Assembly (NCBI GenBank): GCA_963748215.1
Contig: CAVVHS010000006.1
Coordinates: 320,001-384,000, forward strand
Length of the DNA stretch: 64,000 nt
From: an uncultured Gammaproteobacteria bacterium
GTDB taxonomy: Bacteria > Pseudomonadota > Gammaproteobacteria > UBA9214
Direction: 5' to 3'
Numbering within the stretch: the first letter of the stretch is position 1; each line of letters opens with the position of its first letter. Of this stretch, positions 30,825 to 40,199 are shown piece after piece. Below the pieces are notes generated by a model. It was not told where the DNA came from, made no database searches, and saw only the letters and a list, made by a program, of their open reading frames with translations. Both the position numbers and the translations under genes were made by a program.

Positions 30825-31121
30825 TCAGAGCCAGGACTGTACCTTGTCGTTGGCTGTAACCAGATCGACGAACCCGCCGTAATCGATGACGTCGACGCCA
30901 TCCAGCAGCTTGTCTTCCGTGATGCCGCGCGCGGCCAGGTCCGGCCCGAGCACGGCGACCTTGAGGCCTTTCAGCAGGCTTGCCGCCTTGCCGTTTTTCA
31001 TCGCTCCGTAAATACCATCCTCGATGAGCAGCAACTGGTCGCCATCCTTCATGATGGTCGATGCCGTGTTCAGGCTGCCGGTGTCGTAGGGTGACTTGTT
31101 TACCAGGTGTAACATTGCCAT
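30825..31121 (-). CDS. dsrH: DsrH
   Basis: 'MLHLVNKSPY', 'LLIEDGIY', 'DLAARG', 'VQSWL'. Confidence 0.92.
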   Translation of the reverse strand: MAMLHLVNKSPYDTGSLNTASTIMKDGDQLLLIEDGIYGAMKNGKAASLLKGLKVAVLGPDLAARGITEDKLLDGVDVIDYGGFVDLVTANDKVQSWL

Positions 31122-31139
31122 TATTCCGGGCTCCCTGTA

Positions 31140-31550
31140 CTAGAAGTTGAACAGCACGTCTTGCTCGGCGAGCACGTCTGCCATTTCCGCGCGTGTGACC
31201 AGGCGGATGGAATCCTTTTCCGCGTAGTCCTCGTCCTCGTCTTCCCAGACCAGGTGTTGCAGGTCATCCAGGGTCAGGCCGCGTTCCTCGAGGGATTCCT
31301 TCTCGACGTAGATCTTGTTGACCTCGTAGTCACCCAGCGCGGCGTAGGTGGGCGAGAAGTTTTTCATGCCGATGCCCGCGGTGTCCTGGCCCTTGACGAG
31401 CTGGTACACACCGTCGTCCAGGAAGGCCATGCTGACGTCCTGTTCGAAGGCGGCGCCGATCAGTACCACTTCCAGCGATTCCCACGCATAGATCGTCCCG
31501 TAGGGCGCCCTGCGGTTGATGTACATCATTTTCTTGGATTCTTCAGACAT
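31140..31550 (-). CDS. dsrF: DsrF
   Basis: 'RRAPYGTIYAWESLE', 'FLDDGVYQL', 'ESLEERGL'. Confidence 0.92.
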   Translation of the reverse strand: MSEESKKMMYINRRAPYGTIYAWESLEVVLIGAAFEQDVSMAFLDDGVYQLVKGQDTAGIGMKNFSPTYAALGDYEVNKIYVEKESLEERGLTLDDLQHLVWEDEDEDYAEKDSIRLVTRAEMADVLAEQDVLFNF

Positions 31551-31564
31551 TGCCGCTCTCCCGC

Positions 31565-31958
31565 TCAGTCGCCGAACACGACCAGTCGATCGCTCTGGAC
31601 GCCACCTTCGATCAGCTGACCCAGTCCGGAAATGCGGAAGCCGGGGGCGATGTTGGTTGCGTCCTTGCCGTTACGCTGCGCCTCGCCCTCGTCGACGATG
31701 CCGCGCCGCTGGGCGGCAGCCACGCACACCACCATGTCGATGTTGTGTGCCTGTCCCAGTTCACTCCAGCGCTTGACGATATTGCGATCGTCCTGCGGCG
31801 GTGTGGTCAGGCGCGTGCCGTTGTTGACGCCGTCGTGGTAGAAAAAGATACGAAAGATCTCGTGTCCCTTTTCCAATGGCCGCCTTGGCGAAAAAGTAGG
31901 CCGTGTCCGCGGCCTGGTGCTGGTAGGGCCCCTCGTTAACCTGGATTGTAAGCTTCAT
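31565..31958 (-). CDS. dsrE: DsrE sulfurtransferase (one apparent extra base near 31875)
   Basis: 'MKLTIQVNEGPYQHQA' plus 'FFYHDGV', catalytic 'VCVAAAQRRG', 'ISGLGQL'. Confidence 0.9.
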
Positions 31959-31973
31959 TCACATACCCTCTGA

Positions 31974-33051
31974 TCAGAAACGGATATGGGTTGAAGCGTT
32001 CAGGCTTGCACGGGCACCACGCCAGTTGTCGATGTGGTACTTGGTGAACGGCAGCCCGGTCTTCTCGAAGAAACGCGGCCAGCCGATACGCTCGATCCAG
32101 TCGTTGATACGCTCCCAGTCCTTGGCGTCTTCCTTGTAGACCTTGAGGATCTTCTTGACGACGGCGGTGGCTTCCGGCCAGCGCGGCGGGTTGTTCGGGA
32201 TGCCGGAGGCGACCAGCTTCTGGAAGGTCGGCTTGCCGCGGGCATTGGAGTGGTTGCCGCCCACCCAGATGGCCAGCTTGGAGTGCTCGGCGTCGTTGAT
32301 CTGCATCGGCGGGCAGGGCGGGTAAGCAGGCACCGCAGCAGATGCACTTCTTCTCGTCGACTTCCAGCGACGGCTTGCCGTTGACCAGTGCCGGGCGAAT
32401 GGCCGCGACCGGGCAGCGTGCCACGACCGACGGACGCTCGCAGACGTTGGACAACCAGGTCGTGGTTGATCTTCGGCGGCTTGGTGTGCTGCACGTTGAT
32501 GGCGATGTCGCCCTGGCCGCCGCAGTTGATCTGGCAGCAGGAGGTGGTCATGTGCACGCGGTTCGGCATGTTCGCAGCCTTTGAACTCGTCGATCAGCTC
32601 GTCCATCATCGACTTGACCACGCCGGAGGCGTCGGTGCCCGGGATGTCGCAGTGCAGCCAGCCCTGGGTGTGCGACATCATGGCGACGGAGTTGCTGGGT
32701 ACCGCCGACGACGAAGCCGGCATCTGTCAGCGCCTTGATCAGCGGCTCGACCTTGGCCTCGTCGGACACCATGTATTCGATGTTGCTGCGAATGGTGAAG
32801 CGCACATAACCCTCGCCGTAGGTGTCACCGATTTCGCACAGCTTGCGCAGGGTGAACAGGTCGAGGATACGCTGGGTGCCGGCGCGCACGGTCCAGATCT
32901 TGTCGCCATTGTTGGCAACGTGCAGCAGGACGCCGGGCTGCGGATCTTCGTGATAGGCCCACTGCCCGTAGTTCTTGCGCATTACCGGGTGCATGTACTG
33001 GAATCCGTCAGGACATCCGGATTCGATCGGCGAACGCATTTCTTGTGCCAT
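31974..33051 (-). CDS. dsrB: Reverse dissimilatory sulfite reductase beta subunit (several apparent frameshifts)
   Basis: 'SGCPDGFQYMHP', 'HTQGWLHCDIPGTDASG', 'TTSCCQINCGG', 'CERPSVVARCP', 'KCICCGAC', 'IPNNPPRWPE', 'NASTHIRF'. Confidence 0.92.
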
Positions 33052-33138
33052 GTGATTCTCCTGAAAATCTCTTCAAGTTTTTGAACAAATCCCGGCGTTT
33101 GTACGCCGGGGTTGTCATATATGAACGGGTTGACCGGC

Positions 33139-34405
33139 TTACGCGGAGGCAGCCTGCTCCTCGGCCTTGCGCTCGAACCACTTCTCGGCTTCTTCGTCCC
33201 AGCCGTCCATGCGGACGTAGGAAGACTGGCGCGGGTTGCTGACCATGTTCGGGTCCACCTCGACGCCGATGCCTTCGAGGAAGTTGACCAGACCGATACG
33301 CTCGATCATTTCACCGCAGCGCTCGTGCTCCAGGCCGTTCTCGGCCCAGAAGTCGATGATCTCCTCGGCCATTTCACTGCAGGCTTTCGTAGTCTTCCTC
33401 GGTTTCCAGCTTCTTGAACGGGACCACCACGGTACCCATCAGGTCGCCGATCTTCAGCGTGCGCTTGCCGCCGATCAGGATGGTGACGCCCTTGTCGTCG
33501 CCCGGGTGCAGCGCCTTCGGCATGACGTTCAGGCAGTGCATGCAGCGCACGCAGTTCGTGGTTGTCGACGGTCGATGGTGTCGTCGTCGTTCAGGGTCAG
33601 GGCCTTGGTCGGGCAGCGGGTGATGACGTTGTCGATCACGTACTGACGGCCTTTCTTGCCGACGTAGTCCTTGACTTCTTCCTGGTCGACCTTCATGTCG
33701 TCGCGCCAGGTGCCGATGACGGCGAAGTCGGCGCGCTCGATGGCGTTCTGGCAGTCATTCGGGCAACCGGAGACCTTGAACTTGAACTTGTAGGGCAGGG
33801 CCGGACGGTGCACGTCGTCGGTGAAGTTGTTCACCAGCCAGCGCTGGATGCCGTGCTCGTTGGCAGCAGGACATTTCGCAGCGCGCCGCACCGACACAGG
33901 ACATGGCGGTACGCACGCACGGGCCGGCACCACCGAGATCCCAGCCGTACTCGTTGATTTCGTCGAAGAAGTGCTGGGTGTTTTCGGTGGTGGTACCGAT
34001 AAACATGATGTTGCCGGTCTGGCCGTGGAAGGTCACCAGGCCGGAACCCCATTTTTCCCAGCTGTCGCCGAGCTGGCGCAGCATGTCGGTGGTGTAGTAG
34101 TTGCCGGCCGGCGGCTGCACGCGCAGGGTGTGGAATTCCTTCGATTCCGGGAAGGCCTTGCCGACTTCGGAGAAGCGCGGGATGATGCCGCCGCCATAGC
34201 CGTAGACACAGACGGTGCCGCCTTTCCAGTAACCCTTGCGGGTTTCGTAGGAGTGCTCGAGCTGACCCAGCAAACCGTTGGTGACGTCGTTGATGCGTTC
34301 GTCCGGGTGCTCGTCACGCAGCCGCTTGATGCCGGTGATGAAGCTCGGCCAGGGGCCGTTCTCGAGTTCGTCCAGCATGGGAGTCGGGTAGGTGTTCTTG
34401 GCCAT
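33139..34405 (-). CDS. dsrA: Reverse dissimilatory sulfite reductase alpha subunit (several apparent frameshifts)
   Basis: 'TPMLDELENGPWPSF', 'YWKGGTV', 'FHTLRVQPP', 'CVRTAMSCVGAARCE', 'YKFKFKVSGCPNDC', 'HERCGEMIERIG'. Confidence 0.93.
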
Positions 34406-34890
34406 GGCAATAATCTCCTGGATTGTTTTCTACACCAATTGGTTTGCTACTGATGACAGCGCGCGCTGTCGCCCTGCCGGGCAACTGGAAATCAGCGAGT
34501 TATACGGAATTACAACAGCGTAACTCTCAGTTGAGCGCATTGTAGAAAGGCTCTGCGGGTATACATATCCTACCCTTGGGGTGGCGCCTATATGGGCCCG
34601 TATCCCGAACGGGGTATTGGCAGAATATTGATTTAATTTCCGGTAGTTATCAGAGTTGCCCGGATTTACTAATGCGTACAGAACTTTTTCTTATATTAAC
34701 GCGCACTTAAGTAACCCTTTCTCAACCGGAGAAACGGGATTGCCGGTGTGATTTCAGCTATTTAGATGAGAATCACTCTCATTAGCAATTGGCCGCCGGC
34801 AGCGCAGGCAAGTCCCGGCCCCATGTATTAAACATTTAAGTGTGACCGTAAGATACAGGCTCCTGAAAAACCGGCCCGTCGCACAACTCC

Positions 34891-35835
34891 ATGATACACA
34901 GTCCAGACAGCTTTCGACCCTTTGACCTTGCCGGCGATGCCGACTACCGGGTCTGGCGCGCGTGGAAGCTGGATGGCTACCCCGTGGCCGCCGCCGACCT
35001 GATTGTGGACGTCGGCGATCCGGCGCACCTGTCAGCGGCCGAGCATGCGGCGATCCTGGCGCGCTGCCGCAAGGCCAATATGGCGATTTATGCCGTCCGG
35101 GGTGGTGGTAGCGCGGACAAGGAGGCGGTGCGCGCACTGGGCAGGCAGTTCGGGCTGGAACGTCTGGACATGAACCTGCGCGCCGACGAGGACAGCATCA
35201 CCGCGTTGCGGGTGGTACCGGAATCGGCGGGGACCCGTTACATCCCCTACACCAACCGGCCGCTGAACTGGCATACCGACGGTTACTACAACACGCTCGA
35301 CGAACAGGTGCGGGCCATCCTGATGCACTGCGTGTCCGCCGCGGCCAGCGGCGGCGAGAGTGTGCTGTTCGATCACGAACTCGCCTACCTGTTGCTGCGT
35401 GACGAGAATCCGGATTACATTCGCGCGCTCATGCAGCCGGACGCCATGACCATCCCGGCCAACATAGAGGACGGCCGGCAGATCCGCGGCGCGCAATCCG
35501 GTCCGGTCTTTACGGTTGAAAAGGGTAGCAACGCCCTCCATATGCGTTATACGGCACGCACCCGCAGTATCGAGTGGAAGGACGACCGGGACGTGCGCAA
35601 TGCCATCGAATTCCTGCGTGAATTGCTGGACAGCGACCTGCCCTGGATCTTCCGGCACCGGCTGCAGGCCGGACAGGGCATTATCTGCAATAATGTACTG
35701 CACAGGCGCGATGCCTTTGACGACGCGGCGGGTGACGGACAGGCCCGGCTGCTGTACCGGGCGCGTTATCACGACCGGATCCGCGCGACCGTCGCCGACA
35801 ATGATTTTTATGGAGACAGGCAATGCTGTGGTTGA
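34891..35835 (+). CDS. TauD/TfdA-like Fe(II)/2-oxoglutarate dioxygenase
   Basis: Facial triad 'WHTDGYY' and 'NNVLHRR..F', C-terminal 'RLLYRARY'. Confidence 0.8.
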   Translation: MIHSPDSFRPFDLAGDADYRVWRAWKLDGYPVAAADLIVDVGDPAHLSAAEHAAILARCRKANMAIYAVRGGGSADKEAVRALGRQFGLERLDMNLRADEDSITALRVVPESAGTRYIPYTNRPLNWHTDGYYNTLDEQVRAILMHCVSAAASGGESVLFDHELAYLLLRDENPDYIRALMQPDAMTIPANIEDGRQIRGAQSGPVFTVEKGSNALHMRYTARTRSIEWKDDRDVRNAIEFLRELLDSDLPWIFRHRLQAGQGIICNNVLHRRDAFDDAAGDGQARLLYRARYHDRIRATVADNDFYGDRQCCG

Positions 35836-36014
35836 GCGAAGTGCTGATACAGCAGCATGACATCGAGTCCTTCGAGGCCCTGAAGCAGGCCATCAGCGCG
35901 CGTGCGCGCGGCGGCGAGATCCATTTCCGCATGGATGTGCGTCCGCCGTTTCCCGATACACCCGAAGACTGGGAAGACCGGCTGGAAGCGGCCTTCTACT
36001 CGACAGGCAATTAA
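35823..36014 (+). CDS. Small acidic hypothetical protein, translationally coupled to the TauD-like gene
   Basis: 63 aa, GGAGA RBS, overlaps the upstream stop; 'MDVRPPFPDTPEDWEDRLEAAF'. Confidence 0.7.
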   Translation: MLWLSEVLIQQHDIESFEALKQAISARARGGEIHFRMDVRPPFPDTPEDWEDRLEAAFYSTGN

Positions 36015-36026
36015 CCCCGGCGGTCA

Positions 36027-36725
36027 ATGACAAGCATGTTCTGGAACGACGAAAAGCAGAAAGCACCGGACTTCGTGATCCCGGATGACGTCGTCGACCT
36101 GGCGTTCAGGATCGGCTGCCCGACACTGCCGCTGGATCACGCCCATGCCCTGTCGCGAGCCCTGCTCGAGGTCCTGCCCTGGCTGGATGACGAGCCGCAT
36201 GCCGGCGTCCACCTGATTCACGGTGCCGCCTCCGGTAACGGCTGGTATCGCCCCGAGGATGCCGCCAGCGAGCTGCTGCACCTGTCGCGGCGTACCCGCA
36301 TGCGCCTGCGTGTGCCCAGGCATCGCCTGGAGGATGCGCGCAAGCTGACCGGCCGGCGGCTCGATATCGGCGGCCATCCGCTCGAAGTCGGCGACTCGGA
36401 GGTTTTCCTGCTGAGCAGCCTGTCGACGCTGTTCTCGCGCTACGTCATGACCGGGGCCGACACCGATGAACAGGCCTTCCTGGAGGAGGCCACGCGTGGG
36501 CTGCAGGCCATCGATATCGATTGCCGCAAAATGCTGGGGGGCATCAGCCATGCTCTGCAGTTCCCGGACGGACCGGTACACACCCGCAGCCTGATGGTGG
36601 CGGATCTCGAGCCGGAGCAGTCGGTGCGACTGCAGCAGCTCGGACTGGGCGAGGGGCGCAGCATCGGCTGCGGCCTGTTCCTGCCGCACAAGGGCATCAA
36701 GCCGGTCAACGACGCAAAGGAATAG
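36027..36725 (+). CDS. cas6: Orphan Cas6-family (type I-MYXAN Cmx6-like) RAMP endoribonuclease
   Basis: N-terminal 'VDLAF.I....LPLDHAHALSRAL...LPW', 'RLRVP', 'LTGRRLDIGG', and C-terminal glycine-rich loop 'LQQLGLGEGRSIGCGLFLPHK', typical of Cas6/Cmx6. Confidence 0.8.
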   Translation: MTSMFWNDEKQKAPDFVIPDDVVDLAFRIGCPTLPLDHAHALSRALLEVLPWLDDEPHAGVHLIHGAASGNGWYRPEDAASELLHLSRRTRMRLRVPRHRLEDARKLTGRRLDIGGHPLEVGDSEVFLLSSLSTLFSRYVMTGADTDEQAFLEEATRGLQAIDIDCRKMLGGISHALQFPDGPVHTRSLMVADLEPEQSVRLQQLGLGEGRSIGCGLFLPHKGIKPVNDAKE

Positions 36726-36952
36726 CCTTGTCGGTCAGGCGCTGTCCCGGGCGAGGCCTGCCATTCCGGTGTTGCGCGATAAATACCTGCCCGCGCGGCT
36801 GAGACCCGCCAGGACAGCCGGCAAACCGTCGTATAAGGAAACGCACTTCGGCCGGCTTCCCATATGGGATATGTTCGGTGCTCGGGCAACTGGCTATAGT
36901 TGCGCTTATTCAATAATTTACAACGACTTGACTCGCATCCGGAGAGAAGATC

Positions 36953-37156
36953 ATGAGCAATAAACAGGAACTGATCGCCAAACTGCTGGAAATGCAGAAG
37001 AAATTCATCGATTACGAGCATGCCAATGGCGTGGAGATGAAGGACTACTTCGCCGCCGATGAAGGCCATCCACTGAAGGGCTTCCGCCAGGAATACACGG
37101 ACCTGGCTAACCAGCTGGTCGACATCGCGCACACCGAAAAGGGTTCGCATCGCTAG
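36953..37156 (+). CDS. Small hypothetical protein
   Basis: 67 aa, GGAGAG RBS, host-like codon usage, followed by an intrinsic terminator. Confidence 0.75.
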   Translation: MSNKQELIAKLLEMQKKFIDYEHANGVEMKDYFAADEGHPLKGFRQEYTDLANQLVDIAHTEKGSHR

Positions 37157-37173
37157 TCAGGCGTAATAGCAAT

Positions 37174-37209
37174 AAAAAGCCGCATTCCGAAAGGGTGCGG
37201 CTTTTTTTT
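37174..37209 (+). terminator. Intrinsic (probably bidirectional) terminator
   Basis: AAAAAGCCGCATTCC-GAAA-GGGTGCGGCTTTTTTTT. Confidence 0.85.
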
Positions 37210-37234
37210 GGCGTGACCTCTAAGGCCAGTAGCG

Positions 37235-37410
37235 GCCACAGAGGGCACAGAGTACACAGAGAAAAATCAAATCAGAAAATGCCTGGCCGACACTCGGCAC
37301 CTTTGTCTGCAGGCGGCCGGGTTACCACCGGAATCCCGTGCCTTGCACCGCTGGTGACAGCTTACGCGGAAGATATGAAATAATTCTGTGAGCTCCGTGT
37401 TCTCTGTAGC
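37235..37410. repeat. Imperfect inverted repeats built of CACAGAG units (REP/MITE-like)
   Basis: GCCACAGAGGGCACAGAGTACACAGAGAA (37235-37263) versus TTCTGTGAGCTCCGTGTTCTCTGTAGC (37384-37410). Confidence 0.55.
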
Positions 37411-37445
37411 GACTGTTTATTGAATGACGGCTTGCCCGTCCGGAG

Positions 37446-37790
37446 TCAGTACCCGCCCTTGCGCAGGATGAATGGCAGACCGGCGATCCGGTTACCCTGC
37501 TTGCTGGGGGCGAAGGGGAACAGTTCAAAGAGTTCCTTGCTGCTGACTTTCTTGTCCCAGATCTTGGCCATGCTCTTGTTGATCACCCGCTCCATGGGCT
37601 GTGAGCCGTTGTTATCGAAGTATTCCGAGCGCAGGTAATTCAGTACATCGAAATGCGCCTCGGTCAGCTCGATACCTTCCTTGGCGGCCAGTGCTTTCGC
37701 AACATCCTCATCCCAGGCGGTCGGGTCGGTGAGATTGCCGTTCTCATCCAGTTCGATGCTCTTGCCGTTTACGTCCAGTGCCATTTTCAT
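37446..37790 (-). CDS. DsrC/TusE-family paralogue lacking C-terminal cysteines (RspA-like)
   Basis: 'LDENGNL', 'LTEAHFDVLNYLRSEY', 'LFELFP', ends 'RIAGLPFILRKGGY'; no Cys in the protein. Confidence 0.82.
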   Translation of the reverse strand: MKMALDVNGKSIELDENGNLTDPTAWDEDVAKALAAKEGIELTEAHFDVLNYLRSEYFDNNGSQPMERVINKSMAKIWDKKVSSKELFELFPFAPSKQGNRIAGLPFILRKGGY

Positions 37791-37998
37791 GCTCCTGATT
37801 CAACTTGAGAAAAGAATTTTGAGGCGGAATTGTATTGCAATACAGCCGTCATCGGAAGAGGTGCGAACACGACCCGGTATGCATTTTACAGGCATTCCAC
37901 AGGGTATTTTCCCGTGCCACAACGCCTGGACGATGTCTTCAGGGAAGCCGGATGTGCGGATAAAATACCCGTTCCGAAAATTGATCGATGGCTGACAC

Positions 37999-38508
37999 AT
38001 GCGTATTCGGGAATTCACCCTGCCAGACCCGGCGGCACTCAACGAGCGTCTGTATGCCCGGTTTCTGGAATTATCCGGCACCGACCGGATCAGGCAGACC
38101 CATCATTTTGCCGGCCGTTTCGAGAACACCTACATCGCCGCGGCTGACATACCGGAGATTGCCGCGGTTCTGGATGTGTTCCGGCAGCAGGCCGCGCAGT
38201 GGCTGGACGTTGCCGCGGATACGCTGAAGGCCGGGTTCTGGTTTAACGCCATGGGACCGGGGCACGTGACTTCACCGCATCACCACGACGAGAACGACGA
38301 GCTCCTTTCGGCGGTGTACTACATCCGCGTACCCGCAAACTCCGGCGAGTTGATCCTGTACGACGACGATACGCCGGTCACCGTGCGGCCGGAAGAAGGC
38401 AAGCTGGTGATGTTCGGTCCTGATGTGATGCACGAGGTGACGGTCAACAACAGCCCGGAGCTGCGCCTGTCTGTCGGCATGAACATCGGGCCGGCTGATG
38501 CGGAATAG
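37999..38508 (+). CDS. 2OG-Fe(II) oxygenase-like protein
   Basis: 'WFNAM..G..TSPHHHD', 'LSAVYY', 'MHEV', 'RLSVGMN'. Confidence 0.75.
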   Translation: MRIREFTLPDPAALNERLYARFLELSGTDRIRQTHHFAGRFENTYIAAADIPEIAAVLDVFRQQAAQWLDVAADTLKAGFWFNAMGPGHVTSPHHHDENDELLSAVYYIRVPANSGELILYDDDTPVTVRPEEGKLVMFGPDVMHEVTVNNSPELRLSVGMNIGPADAE

Positions 38509-38595
38509 CCGGTTGGTCAAAATCTCTCACGGCGATTTCGTCACTAACGCCCAACCCAGGCAACGGGAAAATATTTCACCTGTTTGGTATGGGCG

Positions 38596-39315
38596 CTATT
38601 TCTTTCCTCCCTCCAGTCGCCCCCCCTGCTGAAGCCATTGGGCCACCAGCCAGCAGGCGGCGGCCCAGGCCGCTCCGGCCGCCCAGCCGGCCAATACATC
38701 GCTTGGCCAGTGAACCCCGAGATAGACGCGACTGACACCGACCAGCAACGTAGCCAGCACAGAGCAGCCGATCAGGTAGATCCGTACCCTGCGCGCGGCG
38801 TGTGCCACCGCCAGCAAGGCGCCGCCGGTGAGATAAACCACCGCCGACAGCATCGAATGGCCGCTGGGAAAACTGGATGTATAGATCATCGAACCGTGAG
38901 CCACCAGGTCCGGGCGTGGCCGGTCAAAACCGTTCTTGAGTGCCAGGCTCAGCAGCAGGCCACCCAGTATCGCCGACAGTACGAACAACGCGACCCGCGG
39001 CAGACCCTGTAGCCAGAGGTAGCCTATCGAAACCAGGGTGAGCAGGCCGAGCACCCCGATACCCCCCAGGGCCGTGAAGTCACGGAACATTTCCTCCACC
39101 CAGGCAGGGCCCAGCGGGTCGCCGGGGTCCCCTGGTACGCGCGTCGCCAGCAGCAGCCATCGGTCGAGCCGCGCGGTGTCGCCTTCCAGCATCTCATCGG
39201 CGATGCCGATAAAGGCGAATAATCCAAAGCCGAAAATCAATAGTGCCAGCGAGGCAAAATGATGCCGGGCGAATAGTCTGGGAGAGACAGAAGCCGTTTT
39301 TTGCTTAGCACTCAC
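38596..39315 (-). CDS. PAP2-family membrane phosphatase
   Basis: 'KNGFDRPRP', 'SFPSGHS', 'SRVYLGVHWPSDV'. Confidence 0.9.
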   Translation of the reverse strand: MSAKQKTASVSPRLFARHHFASLALLIFGFGLFAFIGIADEMLEGDTARLDRWLLLATRVPGDPGDPLGPAWVEEMFRDFTALGGIGVLGLLTLVSIGYLWLQGLPRVALFVLSAILGGLLLSLALKNGFDRPRPDLVAHGSMIYTSSFPSGHSMLSAVVYLTGGALLAVAHAARRVRIYLIGCSVLATLLVGVSRVYLGVHWPSDVLAGWAAGAAWAAACWLVAQWLQQGGRLEGGKK

Positions 39316-39374
39316 CTGGCATTACCCCTGAAATAAAAGGGCCAGAAACATTTTCTGAATTGGCATCAGTAAAA

Positions 39375-39401
39375 TTCTGTGTGCTCTGTGCACTCTGAGG
39401 C
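39375..39401. repeat. Third copy of the CACAGAG-type repeat
   Basis: TTCTGTGTGCTCTGTGCACTCTGAGGC; its reverse complement resembles 37235-37263. Confidence 0.5.
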
Positions 39402-39446
39402 AGGTTATTTGTATTTTCCCTGCGCCTCCGCGCGAGACAGGGTTTC

Positions 39447-40118
39447 TCAGACATCCGACCACATGCGCACCAGGTTGATGTAGGACTGGTTGACCTGCAC
39501 GGTTTCCGCTGCGTCCGGTCTATCATGCAACAATACCTCGCGTGCCTGGTTCAGGTCGTGCAGCAGCGCGCGGCGGTCGGGTTCGCGCACCAGGCTCTGT
39601 ATCCAGCTCACGGCGACCAGGCGTTCGCCGCGGGTGACTTCGGCGACGCGGTGGATGCTGGAGGAGGGGTAGATCACGGCGTCGCCGGCCGACAGCTTGA
39701 CCTGCTGGTCGCCGAACGGGGTCTGGATGCATAGCTCGCCGCCATCGTAGTCCTGCGGTTCATTCAGGAAGATCGTTACCGACACATCGGACCGGTACAG
39801 GTCACCCTGGCCCATGATCGGGTCGTCGACATGATTACCGTAGGCCATGCCGGGCAGGTAGCGGGCGTAGTAGGGCGTGGCGGTCTTGCGTGGCATGGCT
39901 GCGCTGCGGAATACCGCATGCCGGACCAGGCTGCCCATCACCAGGTTGTTGAGTTCGCTCATGCGTGCCGGGTCCAGCGCCAGTTCCTCGTTCAGCTTGA
40001 CGCGCCGTGCCGCCGTACCGGCAGAGCCGCGGCCGTCACCGAAGCGTCCGCCGGCGATCAGCCGTTCGACGGTATTGAGTTGCGAGCGGTCGAGCACGCC
40101 CTCTATACGGGTGAGCAT
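39447..40118 (-). CDS. PKHD-type Fe(II)/2OG hydroxylase (YbiX/PiuC-like)
   Basis: 'YGNHVDD', 'RSDVSVTIFL', 'YDGGEL', 'YPSSSIHRV..VTRGER', 'NLVRMWSDV'. Confidence 0.9.
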   Translation of the reverse strand: MLTRIEGVLDRSQLNTVERLIAGGRFGDGRGSAGTAARRVKLNEELALDPARMSELNNLVMGSLVRHAVFRSAAMPRKTATPYYARYLPGMAYGNHVDDPIMGQGDLYRSDVSVTIFLNEPQDYDGGELCIQTPFGDQQVKLSAGDAVIYPSSSIHRVAEVTRGERLVAVSWIQSLVREPDRRALLHDLNQAREVLLHDRPDAAETVQVNQSYINLVRMWSDV

Positions 40119-40199
40119 GAATCAGTCCTGCAGCCGGTGGCGGGTATGCGGTAACATAAACACGATACAGTCAGTGTAACCAAAATCAGGGCGCTAATC

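Noticed and set aside
26095-34405. True pseudogenisation or programmed frameshifting of dsr genes
   Set aside because: Catalytic motifs and operon structure are intact and the breaks are small indels with no shared slippery motif, so sequencing error is more parsimonious.
36726-37445. Mini-CRISPR array downstream of cas6
   Set aside because: No direct repeats of about 25-40 nt with regular spacers were visible; only palindromes, a terminator and the CACAGAG inverted repeat.
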